Source of the DNA: a virus
Taxonomy: Duplodnaviria > Caudoviricetes
Strand: one strand, 5' to 3'
IMG/VR virus record: IMGVR_UViG_3300036985_002742
Location: 1-38,623 of that record
DNA: 38,623 nucleotides
Each line of letters begins with the position of its first letter. Position 1 is the stretch's first letter. This document shows positions 1 to 9,326 of this stretch, piece by piece. Position numbers and translations under genes: made by a program. Under the pieces are notes generated by a model. It was not told the origin of the DNA, searched no databases, and saw only the letters and a program-made list of their open reading frames with translations.

Positions 1-2142
1 GCTCCATCCTACAATCAACGATCTGCGAAAGCTGTCTGGAAATCGATCGGACGCATGTCCGGTGGCGGCAAGCCCGTCACGATAGCGACCGTGATCTACG
101 AAGCCAAGCAAGGCGGATGGAAGCCAGCGCGCTCCGAACCGCCTCCGCCTGAAGTGCTCGAGCGTCACAAGAAAGAACGCGAGCAGCGCCAGGCTGAAGC
201 CAAACGCCTCGAGGCCGAACGTGCCGAAGAAGCTGCGGCCATTGCCGCGGATATCTGGGCCAATTCAGAACCGGCCCGCGACGATCATCCCTACCTACAA
301 AAGAAACAAGTGCCGGCCTACGGCTTGCGTCAGTCGGAGATCGTCTGGCTGAAATTCATCGACGACGATACCGGTGAGATCAAAGGCTATGAGGTCAAGA
401 ACGCGCTGATCATTCCGGCCTACACGTCCGCGAAGAAGCTATCCTCCGTCCAGATCATCACGGGCGATGGCAAGAAGCGCTTCCTGCTTGATGGCAAGAT
501 GGCCGGCGCCTATGCGAAGATCGGCGAGATCAACAAGACCACCGAGAAGATCGTGATCTGCGAGGGCTGGGCAACCGGCGCCTCGATTCACCTGGCCACG
601 GGCCTGCCTGTTGTCGTGGCGTTCAATGCCGGAAACCTCAAGCCTGTGTCTGAGAAGATGCAAGCCGCCCTGCCCTCCTCCAAGTTTCTGATCGCGGCCG
701 ATGACGACGCCTTCACGAAGCGCCGCGATGGCACGCCGTACAATCCTGGCATCGAAGCCGCGCAAGCGACTGGCCTGCCCTATGTGACGCCTCTATTCCG
801 ATCGCTCGAGGGTGAGCCGACGGACATGAACGATCTGCACACACGCCAAGGCATCGATGCTGTGCTCGCCATGTTCGAGGCACGCATTCCTGAGAGTGCT
901 GTCGAGCCTACCGTGTCGCTCTCACCGGCTCAGGTTCCGGCGATCATGCCTCGGGCCGTGGATATCTTCTCGCCGCTGCCGGACACCAACGACCGCATGA
1001 AGCCTCTGAGCACGATCGACAATGTGCTCGAGATATGCAGCCGCCTTGGCATCACGGTCCGCTACAACGTGATCGCGAAGGAAGAAGAAATCCTCATCCC
1101 CGACGAGAGCTTCTCGATCGACAATCAGGCCAACGCGTCATTCGCCTGGCTGACGTCATGGTGCGCGAAGTTCCGCATGCCGACGGCCAACCTGGGCGAC
1201 TACGTCACCTATCTGTCCGACAAGAACCTGTTCAACCCAGTGGCCCAGTGGATCGAGTCCAAGCCATGGGATGGCATCAGCCGTCTGCCGGAGCTCTATG
1301 CGACGATCAAGGCGAAGGACGATGGCGACGAGCTGAAAGAAATCCTGATCAAGCGCTGGATGATCTCGGCTGTGGCAGCGGCATTCTCACCGGACGGCGT
1401 CTCTGCTGCCGGCGTGCTGGTGCTGCAAGGCGATCAGTACCTTGGCAAAACGAAGTGGTTCAAGTCTCTGGTGCCAGAAAGCCTTGGCGTCGTGAAGGAC
1501 GGCATGCTGCTGCGCCCTGACGATAAGGACTCAGTGAAACAGGTCTGCTCGTTCTGGCTTGTGGAGCTCGGCGAGCTCGATGCGACGTTCCGCCGGTCTG
1601 ACATTGCCGCCCTGAAATCATTCATCACGGCCAAGTCCGATGTGCTGCGCCGTGCCTATGCTCGGAAGGAATCGCACTTTGCGAGACGCACCGTGTTCTT
1701 TGGTTCGGTCAACCCGCGTGAGTTCCTGCACGATGCAACCGGCAATCGCCGCTACTGGACGATCGAGTGCGCGTCCATCGACCATAGTCATTCCGTGGAC
1801 ATGCAGCAGGCCTGGGCGGAGGTGTACGCGCTTTGGCGTGGCGGTGAAGGGTTCTACCTATCCCCGACCGAAATGGCGGCTCTAAACCACCACAACGAGA
1901 ATTTCACGGTGGCGGATCCGATCAACGAACGCATCCAGACCTCGATCAACTGGGAGGCGGACCTCAACTATTGGGACTGGAAGACGGCCACTGATGTGCT
2001 GATCTCCATCGGGATCGATCGTCCGACGAACGGCGATGCGACGAAGGCTGCTCAGTGCATCCGCGCGCTGAACGGAAACAAGGGAAAACGGTCAAACGGG
2101 AAATCCCTTCTATTTGTGCCGCCGAAGCGTGATCGCTTCTAG
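1..2142 (+). CDS. Primase-helicase (end of PriCT-2-like domain + TOPRIM + VapE-like helicase), 5'-truncated
   Basis: Frame 1 is open from base 1 (APSYNQRSAKAVWKSIGR-MSGG...VTIATVIYEAKQGGW, like the end of PriCT-2). TOPRIM motifs ICEGWATG and IAADDD; Walker A GDQYLGKT, VELGEL and DATGNRR typical of VapE helicases. Confidence 0.88.
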   Translation, partial: APSYNQRSAKAVWKSIGRMSGGGKPVTIATVIYEAKQGGWKPARSEPPPPEVLERHKKEREQRQAEAKRLEAERAEEAAAIAADIWANSEPARDDHPYLQKKQVPAYGLRQSEIVWLKFIDDDTGEIKGYEVKNALIIPAYTSAKKLSSVQIITGDGKKRFLLDGKMAGAYAKIGEINKTTEKIVICEGWATGASIHLATGLPVVVAFNAGNLKPVSEKMQAALPSSKFLIAADDDAFTKRRDGTPYNPGIEAAQATGLPYVTPLFRSLEGEPTDMNDLHTRQGIDAVLAMFEARIPESAVEPTVSLSPAQVPAIMPRAVDIFSPLPDTNDRMKPLSTIDNVLEICSRLGITVRYNVIAKEEEILIPDESFSIDNQANASFAWLTSWCAKFRMPTANLGDYVTYLSDKNLFNPVAQWIESKPWDGISRLPELYATIKAKDDGDELKEILIKRWMISAVAAAFSPDGVSAAGVLVLQGDQYLGKTKWFKSLVPESLGVVKDGMLLRPDDKDSVKQVCSFWLVELGELDATFRRSDIAALKSFITAKSDVLRRAYARKESHFARRTVFFGSVNPREFLHDATGNRRYWTIECASIDHSHSVDMQQAWAEVYALWRGGEGFYLSPTEMAALNHHNENFTVADPINERIQTSINWEADLNYWDWKTATDVLISIGIDRPTNGDATKAAQCIRALNGNKGKRSNGKSLLFVPPKRDRF

Positions 2143-2418
2143 GTGCACTTGGATGCACTGCGGGGCGCACTGTGGGATGCACTGCCTCAAAGTGTTGGTA
2201 TCACAGTGTTTCTCTTACTATAGTGTACCCTAGTGTAGCTAGTATATATATAAATAGGAAAAGCATAATACAGCGTAATATAGCGTAACACTATTACACT
2301 ATATCCGAAACGCGACCCTATGTGAGAGATAACGTGCACTTCGCTGCACTGTTTTTGGGATAAAGCCTTATGCAGCAACGGTTTCAGCCAGTGCATCCTT
2401 CATTTTCATGCTGCACTG
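2143..2418. other. Putative replication origin (short iterons around an AT-rich core)
   Basis: Non-coding gap right after the primase-helicase, with GCACT repeats (2145, 2155, 2167, 2179 and more at 2336-2417), AGTGT/ACACT repeats facing each other, and the AT-rich core TAGTATATATATAAATAGGAAAAGCATAATA. Confidence 0.6.
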
Positions 2419-2448
2419 TTGCGCTAATCGAAACAAAGGGGGTAAAAT
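2417..2448 (+). promoter_or_regulatory. 19-bp operator-like palindrome overlapping a putative terS promoter
   Basis: TGTTGCGCTAATCGAAACA (2417-2435); TTGCGC-18 bp-TAAAAT (2443-2448), 6 nt before the ATG at 2455. Confidence 0.6.
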
Positions 2449-2454
2449 CACCAC

Positions 2455-2943
2455 ATGAAAACCGAATCCAAAAAAATGGGCAGGCCTACTGTGTACGATC
2501 CGAAGTTCGTCGATGACATCGTCGAGTTCTTCAATGTCGAGCCGTATGAGCGAATGAAGCTGTACGATAAGCAAGGCAACGAACGTATTGAGCTGGTCCC
2601 GAATAAGTTTCCAACCCTTTCCCGCTTTGCCTGCAACATTGGCGTGACGCGTGAGACGCTTTGGGAATGGTCTACACGTCGCGATGAAGAAACTGGACAG
2701 CTCACATACCCTGACTTTTCTAACGCCTACAAAGCTGCCAAGGAATTCCAGGAAGCAAACCTGGTAGAAGGCACGATGGCTGGGGCTTTTCACGCCACGT
2801 TCTCGATCTTCGCGGCTAAGAACATTCTGGGCTGGCGTGACTCGAAAGACCTCACGATCGCGAACCCTGCCGGCGAGACCTTCAAGACTGAATCAACGCT
2901 GACGGCTGACGAAGCCTACAAGGCGATGCTGGAGGGCAAATGA
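2455..2943 (+). CDS. terS: Terminase small subunit
   Basis: N-terminal GRPTVY, HTH-like segment (LSRFACNIGVTRETLWEW...YPDFSNAYK), IFAAKNILGWRD; directly upstream of terL. Confidence 0.85.
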   Translation: MKTESKKMGRPTVYDPKFVDDIVEFFNVEPYERMKLYDKQGNERIELVPNKFPTLSRFACNIGVTRETLWEWSTRRDEETGQLTYPDFSNAYKAAKEFQEANLVEGTMAGAFHATFSIFAAKNILGWRDSKDLTIANPAGETFKTESTLTADEAYKAMLEGK

Positions 2944-3038
2944 TCCTGCGCGGCATCATGGCTGTGCTGGCTGGCCTGATCCTGGCTCTGATCGGAGCCT
3001 CGATCGTCATGTGCGCCTATGTGATCGTCTATGCCTGA
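2940..3038 (+). CDS. 32-aa hydrophobic single-TM peptide
   Basis: MILRGIMAVLAGLILALIGASIVMCAYVIVYA; ATGA overlap with the terS stop, GGAGG upstream, overlaps the terL start. Confidence 0.55.
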   Translation: MILRGIMAVLAGLILALIGASIVMCAYVIVYA

Positions 3039-4521
3039 GTTCAATTGGCACAATCCGGACTACACCGACGTCTATTCGCAGCGCATGGCTGCGATCCGCA
3101 ACCTTCGCGAGAACGAGTCACTCGTTCCGAAAATCAAAGAATTCTACAAGACGCATCCCGTCGAGTTCATCACTGACTTTGGCATGACGTTCGACCCTCG
3201 AAACGTCGAGATCGGCATCGCTGCCATCGTGCCGTTCGTTCTGTTCCCGAAGCAGGCTGAGTTCATCACGTTCCTCTACGAGCACTGGCGCGGCCGCAAG
3301 GACGGCCTGGCCGAGAAGTCCCGTGACATGGGCGTGAGCTGGCTGTGCGTGGCCTTCGCTGTCTGGATGTGGCTGTTCCATGGCGGCACTGTTGTCGGGT
3401 TTGGCTCCCGCAAGGAAGAATACGTCGACAAGCTCGGCGATCCGAAGTCGCTGCTCTGGAAAGTGCGCGAGTTCATCAAGCTGCTGCCGGTCGAGTTCCG
3501 TCCGGTGGGCTATGACGAGCGGGCTCATGCTCCCTTCATGCGCATCGTGAACCCTGAGAACGGCGCGACGATCATCGGCGAGGCCGGCGACAATATCGGC
3601 CGCGGCAACCGGACCTCGATCTATTTCAAGGACGAGAGCGCCTTCTACGAGCGGGCCGATGCGATCGACGCAGCGCTGTCCCAGACCTCCAACTGCAAGA
3701 TCGACGTGTCGACGCCCAACGGCGCCGGCAATGCCTTCTACCGCAAGCGGCACGGCGGCAAGATCGACGTGTTCGTGTTTGACTGGCGCGATGATCCACG
3801 CAAGGGCGAGAGCTGGTACGAGAAACAAAAGCAGGATCTGGATCCTGTCATCGTGGCCCAGGAGATCGACCGCAACTATACGGCATCCGTCTCCAATTCA
3901 TGGATCATGGGCGAGCCTGTCACGGCTGCCATGATGCGCGGCCCTGCCGATGTCGAGGCCGTTGGCCCGCTTCAGATGGGGATCGACGTCGCCAGGTTCG
4001 GGGACGACAAGACAATTTTCTGCTTCCGCCGTGGCAAGGTGGTCTATCCGCTGATCACGATGGCCAAGCTGGACACCGTCGACGTGTTCGGCCGCGCCAA
4101 GGACGAGATCGACTCGCGAGGCATCGGCACCGTGATGCAGATCGCTGTCGATGACATCGGCGTCGGTGGCGGCGTTACCGACATGCTGCGCCGCGTCTAC
4201 GGCAAGAAGGTCGTGGCCGTGAATTCCGGCATCCGTCTCAGCGACGGGCAAAACTACAATCTGCGCGCCAGGCTCTGGCGTGACATGCGGACCTACATCG
4301 AAAACGGCGCCTCGCTGCCGAATGATCCTGAGCTCCAGACCGATCTCACTGCCTTGCAGTACGAGTACCGCGGCGGCGAGCTGCTGATTGAAGCAAAGGA
4401 CAACGCCAAGAAGCGCGGCATGAAGTCTCCGGACCGTGCCGATGCACTGGCACTGACGTTCGCCGTCCCCGTGCGAGACTACGCAATGGAGACAACCCGC
4501 ACTCAAGCAATCATGGATTAG
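3031..4521 (+). CDS. terL: Terminase large subunit
   Basis: ATPase motif KSRDMGVSW, Walker B YFKDESAF, STPNG; nuclease domain GIDVARFGDDKT and SPDRADALAL. Confidence 0.95.
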   Translation: MPEFNWHNPDYTDVYSQRMAAIRNLRENESLVPKIKEFYKTHPVEFITDFGMTFDPRNVEIGIAAIVPFVLFPKQAEFITFLYEHWRGRKDGLAEKSRDMGVSWLCVAFAVWMWLFHGGTVVGFGSRKEEYVDKLGDPKSLLWKVREFIKLLPVEFRPVGYDERAHAPFMRIVNPENGATIIGEAGDNIGRGNRTSIYFKDESAFYERADAIDAALSQTSNCKIDVSTPNGAGNAFYRKRHGGKIDVFVFDWRDDPRKGESWYEKQKQDLDPVIVAQEIDRNYTASVSNSWIMGEPVTAAMMRGPADVEAVGPLQMGIDVARFGDDKTIFCFRRGKVVYPLITMAKLDTVDVFGRAKDEIDSRGIGTVMQIAVDDIGVGGGVTDMLRRVYGKKVVAVNSGIRLSDGQNYNLRARLWRDMRTYIENGASLPNDPELQTDLTALQYEYRGGELLIEAKDNAKKRGMKSPDRADALALTFAVPVRDYAMETTRTQAIMD

Positions 4522-4525
4522 ACCG

Positions 4526-4639
4526 ATGAGACTGATCGAGATTATTGCGCTCACTTCACTGTGCTGGCTGATGGTTTTTGGCCTGTTTCACACGTTTATA
4601 CTTCCCGCAATTAAACTGTTGACTAATTGTCTTCTGTGA
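4526..4639 (+). CDS. Possible 37-aa hydrophobic peptide
   Basis: MRLIEIIALTSLCWLMVFGLFHTFILPAIKLLTNCLL fills the gap after terL; weak RBS. Confidence 0.35.
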   Translation: MRLIEIIALTSLCWLMVFGLFHTFILPAIKLLTNCLL

Positions 4640-4655
4640 TGCGATAATCGCACCA
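4619..4655 (+). promoter_or_regulatory. Putative sigma70 promoter with overlapping 19-bp operator
   Basis: TTGACT-18 bp-GATAAT (4643-4648); palindrome TGATGCGATAATCGCACCA (4637-4655). Confidence 0.65.
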
Positions 4656-4676
4656 ACTGTTATTTAGGAGCTCCAA

Positions 4677-4889
4677 ATGGGCGGACTGATAAGCAAACCG
4701 AAAGTTCCACCACCTCCACCCGCACCGCCGCCACCGCCTCCAGTTCCGACTGTTGACGATGCTGCCATGTCGTCTGAGGCTGAAGACAAGGTACGCCGCC
4801 GTAAGGGCCGCGCTTCCACCGTTCTGTCTCAGGGGTCTGACCTGGCGACTGCCGAGCCGACCACCGCTGCGACATTGCTGGGCGCCTAG
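4677..4889 (+). CDS. Small Pro-rich pre-portal virion protein
   Basis: AGGAG RBS; MGGL...PPPPP...RRRKGRASTVL...TLLG pattern typical of the small gene before podovirus portals. Confidence 0.75.
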   Translation: MGGLISKPKVPPPPPAPPPPPPVPTVDDAAMSSEAEDKVRRRKGRASTVLSQGSDLATAEPTTAATLLGA

Positions 4890-6602
4890 ATGGCCATGGA
4901 AGAAATCAAGAAAACGAAGCTGCTTGAAAATAGCCCTCGTGCCTCTGAGTTCATCTCACGGCACAAGAGGATGGAAACCAATCGCTCCACCTGGGAGCAG
5001 CATTGGCAGGAAATCGCTGAACGCATCATCGTTCGCAAGGCTGAGTTCACACGCGGCAAAAACCCGACGGCAACCCAATCCCGTGGCGAGAAACGCCAGG
5101 AAAAAGTGTTCGACTCGACGGCCGCACTGGCTCTCGAGCGCTTCACGGCTGCCATTGAAAGCCTGATCACGCCACGCAATGCGCGCTGGCACAAGCTGCG
5201 CCCGATCGACGAGGCGTTGCGAGAAAATCATGAAGTCCGCGTCTACCTCGATGAGGTGACACGCATCCTGTTTGCCAACCGGTACGCACCGACGGCCAAC
5301 TTTGCCTCGCAAACGAACGAGGTCTACACCGATCTGGGCGCCTTTGGCACCGGAGCGATGCTGATCGAGGACGACTACGGCAAGGGCCTGCGCTATTCCT
5401 CCATCCCGCTTGAACAATGCTTCCCGATCTTCGACGCATGGGGCCGCCTCATTGGCGTGCACCGTGACTTTGAGCTCGAGGCGCACCAGGTTCTGCGCGA
5501 ATTCGGCGAGGACATGACGCCAGACACGATCAAGCACGCAGCGAAACACACGCCAATGGCGCGGTTCCGCTTCCTGCATGTGGTCCGCGAGCGCGACGAG
5601 TACGATCCGCAGCGCAAAGACTTCCGCGGCATGAAGTACATGAGCTGCTATGTGAGCTGGACCGGCATGGCGATCGTCCGCGAAAAGGGTTATCGCACGA
5701 TGCCTTACTGCGTGACGCGCTACACGACGTCCACGAAGGAAGACTACGGCCGCAGCCCTGCAATGACGGTGCTGCCGACGATCAAGACCCTGAACGAAAT
5801 GAAGAAGACCGTCCTGCGTGGTGCGCAGAAGATGGTCAACCCGCCTTTGATGCTGACGGAAGATGGCGCGCTGCGCTCTTTCGATCTGCGCGAAGGGGCT
5901 CTGAACGCCGGCGCTCTGGATGCCCAGGGCAACGCGCTTGTGAAGCCTCTCGAGCTTGGCGGACAGCTTGGCCTTGGCATGGACATCATGCAGGCCGAAC
6001 AAAAAACAGTGAACGAGGCCTTCCTCGTCACCTTGTTCCAGATCCTGGTGGAAACGCCAGCCATGACGGCCACCGAAGCGATGCTGCGGGCGCAGGAAAA
6101 AGGCGCCCTGCTCGCTCCAACGATGGGCCGTCAGCAATCCGAATTCCTTGGTCCACTGATCCAGCGCGAGATCGACATTCTGGCTCATGCCGGCGCGTTC
6201 CCGCAGATGCCGGACGTGTTGCTCGAGGCCGGTGGCGAGATCGAGATCGAATACGAAAGCCCGATCATGCTGGCGCAACGTGCCGGCGAAGGCGTCGCGA
6301 TCCTGCAAACGCTCCAGGCCATCACGCCATTGGCTCAGGTCGATCCATCCGTGCTCGATCCGTTCGACATGGAAGCCACGGCCCGCATTCTGGCCGAGGT
6401 GAATGGCTACCCAGCCAAGGCGATGCGCTCGAAAGAAGACATTGCCTCCCGCAAAGAACAAAGCGCTCAGGCAGCTCAGGCTCAGCAGCTTCTGGCAGCA
6501 GCCCCTGTGGCAGCCGGAGCGGTGAAAGATCTGGCTCAGGCTCAGGCCTTGGCCGGCTCGGCTCCAGGACAGCAGGCACCTGACCTGTTTGCTGGCGAAT
6601 AA
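4890..6602 (+). CDS. Portal (head-to-tail connector)
   Basis: 570 aa; FDSTA, DLGAFGTG, YGRSPAM and MTATE motifs of T7/BPP-1-like portals; position after terL. Confidence 0.93.
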   Translation: MAMEEIKKTKLLENSPRASEFISRHKRMETNRSTWEQHWQEIAERIIVRKAEFTRGKNPTATQSRGEKRQEKVFDSTAALALERFTAAIESLITPRNARWHKLRPIDEALRENHEVRVYLDEVTRILFANRYAPTANFASQTNEVYTDLGAFGTGAMLIEDDYGKGLRYSSIPLEQCFPIFDAWGRLIGVHRDFELEAHQVLREFGEDMTPDTIKHAAKHTPMARFRFLHVVRERDEYDPQRKDFRGMKYMSCYVSWTGMAIVREKGYRTMPYCVTRYTTSTKEDYGRSPAMTVLPTIKTLNEMKKTVLRGAQKMVNPPLMLTEDGALRSFDLREGALNAGALDAQGNALVKPLELGGQLGLGMDIMQAEQKTVNEAFLVTLFQILVETPAMTATEAMLRAQEKGALLAPTMGRQQSEFLGPLIQREIDILAHAGAFPQMPDVLLEAGGEIEIEYESPIMLAQRAGEGVAILQTLQAITPLAQVDPSVLDPFDMEATARILAEVNGYPAKAMRSKEDIASRKEQSAQAAQAQQLLAAAPVAAGAVKDLAQAQALAGSAPGQQAPDLFAGE

Positions 6603-6603
6603 G

Positions 6604-6622
6604 TGTTGCGGAAACCACACCA
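6604..6622. promoter_or_regulatory. 19-bp operator-like palindrome
   Basis: TGTTGCGGAAACCACACCA fills almost the whole 20-bp gap between the portal stop and the next ATG. Confidence 0.55.
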
Positions 6623-6910
6623 ATGGTGAGAGAATTCGTTTCAAGAATACTTCGACGCACGCATGCGTATCGCGGCTGCTTCCAACAAGAAGGAGAGCTT
6701 ACGCCCGAGGCGCGTGTTGTGTTGAAGGATTTGGCGAAGTTTTGCCGTGCGCATACAGCCACGACGATCGTTTCGCCAGTGACGCGATGTGTAGATCCCC
6801 TCGCGACGATGCAGGCTGAAGGTCGTCGTGAAGTCTACAATCGCATTTTATGGCACCTCAAGATTGACGATGCCGATTTGTTAGACACCAAGGAGGACAC
6901 AAATGAGTAA
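6623..6910 (+). CDS. Bbp19-like head protein
   Basis: VLKDLAKFC...EGRREVY motif; sits between portal and scaffold as in BPP-1-like phages. Confidence 0.78.
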   Translation: MVREFVSRILRRTHAYRGCFQQEGELTPEARVVLKDLAKFCRAHTATTIVSPVTRCVDPLATMQAEGRREVYNRILWHLKIDDADLLDTKEDTNE

Positions 6911-7583
6911 TGTACCAGTAGATCCAGCGGCTCCGGCTGCTGATCCGGCAGCTCCGGCGGCGCCGGCTGCTCCAGTAGCAGATCCAGCGGCTCCAGCGGC
7001 TCCAGCGGCTCCGGCTGCGGACCCTGCGGCAGATCCTGCGAAAGCGGCTGATCCAGCCAAGCCTGCTGCCGATCCGGTCGACCCGAAAATGGTCGTGCCA
7101 GAAACGCCTGACGGCTACGCGCTGCCAGTGCCGGAAGGTGATAACGGGGCTTTTGCCAAGACGGCATCCGCCTGGTTCCACGAAGCGGGGATCCCGCCAG
7201 CTCAGGCCGAAAAGCTTGCAGTCAAGTGGAATGAGTTTGCAGCGGCCCAGCAGGCAGCAGCGACACAAGCCGAAGCCGACGCTGAGAAGCAGGCCGAAGC
7301 GAAATACAAGGAAGATGACTCCGCACTCCGCAAGGAATGGGGAGCGAAGTACGACGCGAACATTGAATTGGGCAAGCGCGCCTATCGCGAGTTTGGATTT
7401 ACCACTGATGTGGTGGATGCCATCGAGTCGAAAGTCGGCAGCGCACAGCTATTCAAGATATTTGCGAAGATTGGCCAGGGTCTAGGTGAAGACACTGCGC
7501 TTGGTCTGGGCAAGAGCAACAACACACTGACGATGGCCAGTGCAGCCGAAAGACTGTACGGCCAAGATGGTGGCAAGGCGTAA
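6903..7583 (+). CDS. Capsid scaffolding protein
   Basis: Pro/Ala-rich N-terminus, PETPDGY and LRKEWGAKYD motifs; directly before the major capsid gene; AAGGAGG RBS. Confidence 0.82.
   Translation: MSNVPVDPAAPAADPAAPAAPAAPVADPAAPAAPAAPAADPAADPAKAADPAKPAADPVDPKMVVPETPDGYALPVPEGDNGAFAKTASAWFHEAGIPPAQAEKLAVKWNEFAAAQQAAATQAEADAEKQAEAKYKEDDSALRKEWGAKYDANIELGKRAYREFGFTTDVVDAIESKVGSAQLFKIFAKIGQGLGEDTALGLGKSNNTLTMASAAERLYGQDGGKA
6918..7085 (+). repeat. Imperfect tandem repeats encoding PAAPAADP
   Basis: Repeated 9-bp units such as GCTCCAGCG and GCTCCGGCT inside the scaffold gene. Confidence 0.8.
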
Positions 7584-7652
7584 GATGGTGCGGATGGTTG
7601 TCCCCAGCGTTCGTATCAGTAAATTTTTTGGGGCTAATAAAAGGAGTTAAAT

Positions 7653-8666
7653 ATGGCTACTTTAGCTGTTACTCAGCCCACTCTTATTGACTGGGCGAAG
7701 CGTTTAGATCCTGATGGCAAGGTTCCTGTTGTTGCGGAGCTTTTGTCTCAGACTAACGAAATCCTGATGGACGCTGTATTCGTACAGGGCAATCTTCCTA
7801 CAGGCCACCGCGTCGTTGTTCGTACAGGTTTGCCAAGTGTTTACTGGCGCACTTTGAATGCCGGCGTTCCAACCAGCAAGTCCACGACTGCGCAAGTTGA
7901 TGAAGGCTGCGGCATGATGGAGGCTCGCTCACACGTTGACGCGAAGCTTGCAACATTGCACGCCGACATCGGCGGCTTCCGCATGTCAGAAGATGCGGCG
8001 TTTATTGAAGGCATGAACCAGCTTCAAGCAACGACCATGTTCTACGGCAACCCTGCTGCTGACGTGAAACAGTACCTTGGCTTGGCAACACGCTACGGTT
8101 CTATCTCAGGTGCTGGCAATGCTCAGAACGTGATCGATGCCGGTGGTACTGGCTCTGATAATACGTCATTGTGGTTGATCGTTTGGTCTGATCAAACTGT
8201 ATTCTGCACATTCCCTAAAGGGTCTGTTGCCGGCTTGCAGCATAAAGACTTGGGCGAAGAATCTGTTCAGGACTCAAGTGGTGGTTGGTTCCAAGCATTG
8301 CGTACTTTGTACCAATGGGACAACGGCTTGGTTGTTAAAGATTGGCGCTATGCTGTTCGTATTGCGAACATCGACGTGTCAAACTTGGTAGGTGAATCAA
8401 GCGCTGCCGATCTATTGAAGTTGATGATCAAGGCTATCGCCCGCATCCCTTCATTGAAAATGGGCCGTCCAGTGTTTTACATGAACCGCACTGTTAAAGA
8501 AATGCTAGAAATCCAAACGCTTGGTAAGAACGCGTCTGGCTCTGGCGTGATCAATAACGTGGTTCTTGATGACCAGGGCAAACTAAGCCAGGCAATGTCG
8601 ACTTTCCGTGGCATTCCTATTCGTCAATGCGATCAGCTTCTAAACACCGAAGCTCGCGTGGTATAA
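7653..8666 (+). CDS. Major capsid protein
   Basis: 337 aa; TLIDWAKRLDPDG, ELLSQTNEIL, RTGLP and FRGIPIRQCDQLLNTEARVV (epsilon15/BPP-1 type); AAGGAG RBS; T-ending codon bias suggesting high expression. Confidence 0.95.
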   Translation: MATLAVTQPTLIDWAKRLDPDGKVPVVAELLSQTNEILMDAVFVQGNLPTGHRVVVRTGLPSVYWRTLNAGVPTSKSTTAQVDEGCGMMEARSHVDAKLATLHADIGGFRMSEDAAFIEGMNQLQATTMFYGNPAADVKQYLGLATRYGSISGAGNAQNVIDAGGTGSDNTSLWLIVWSDQTVFCTFPKGSVAGLQHKDLGEESVQDSSGGWFQALRTLYQWDNGLVVKDWRYAVRIANIDVSNLVGESSAADLLKLMIKAIARIPSLKMGRPVFYMNRTVKEMLEIQTLGKNASGSGVINNVVLDDQGKLSQAMSTFRGIPIRQCDQLLNTEARVV

Positions 8667-8677
8667 GGGGAAACATT

Positions 8678-9124
8678 ATGATTACAGACGCACTTTTGAA
8701 GTTGTCTGACGCTCAGGCTGTGACATCGACTGCCGTTTCTACCAACACTGTTGACTTGGGCACTGCCCGTGACATCGGTTCTGGTGAAGACTTGGAAGTT
8801 GTGTTCACGGTTGATGAGGCAGCCACTGCTTCTGGTTCTGCAACGGTTGAGTTCCAAGTGATTGGCTCTGCTGCTGCTAACTTGGGCAGCGCTGTCGTGT
8901 TGGGTTCTAGCGGTGCTATCGCTAAGGCCAGCTTGACGCTTGGCGCGCAGATCGTTGTTCAGATCAATCCTCAGGATATCGTTCCTTTGGGTTATCGCTA
9001 CTTGGGCGCAAACTACCTTGTTGCCACTGGTCCTTTGACTGCTGGCAAGTTCTCAGCCAACCCAGTTATGAACGCTCCACAGGGCAAGACAAAAGCTTAC
9101 GCTTCTGGCTTCTCTGTAGCTTAA
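8678..9124 (+). CDS. Capsid cement/decoration protein (Bbp16-like)
   Basis: MITDALLKLSDAQAVTSTAVSTNTVDLG...YRYLG; ATG 8678 after AAGGGG; follows the capsid gene. Confidence 0.85.
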   Translation: MITDALLKLSDAQAVTSTAVSTNTVDLGTARDIGSGEDLEVVFTVDEAATASGSATVEFQVIGSAAANLGSAVVLGSSGAIAKASLTLGAQIVVQINPQDIVPLGYRYLGANYLVATGPLTAGKFSANPVMNAPQGKTKAYASGFSVA

Positions 9125-9134
9125 GGAGACTTAA

Positions 9135-9326
9135 ATGGCTAAGTACGAAGTTTTGGAAACGTCATTCATCGACAATCGCTTGGTGGAAGCCGGCACTGTT
9201 GTTGAGATCAATGACGACCCTAAGAAGGGTGGCATGAAACCTGGTTCCAACATGAAGCCTGTGAAGGGTTCAGCTCCGGCTGCCCCTGACGCTGGCGGCA
9301 ATGGCGGCGACGGCGATAAGAAGTAA
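9135..9326 (+). CDS. Small head-associated protein
   Basis: AAGGAG RBS; MAKYEVLETSFIDNRLVEAG; last gene before a terminator. Confidence 0.75.
   Translation: MAKYEVLETSFIDNRLVEAGTVVEINDDPKKGGMKPGSNMKPVKGSAPAAPDAGGNGGDGDKK

Noticed and set aside
55-57. ATG 55 as the primase start
   Set aside because: The frame is open from base 1 and the upstream residues continue a PriCT-2-like motif, so the real start lies outside the window.
2187-2396. 69-aa minus-strand ORF in the primase-terS gap
   Set aside because: Runs through the AT-rich iteron region against the local direction of transcription and has no RBS.
4956-6644. 562-aa minus-strand ORF
   Set aside because: Antisense shadow of the portal gene, expected from GC-rich codon bias; no RBS or recognisable motifs. 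The same applies to most other antisense ORFs in the track, such as 3118-3828, 13268-14005 and 21258-21926.
6918-7085. Repeat array resembling CRISPR or a VNTR
   Set aside because: In-frame Pro/Ala codon repeats of the scaffold protein with no unique spacers.
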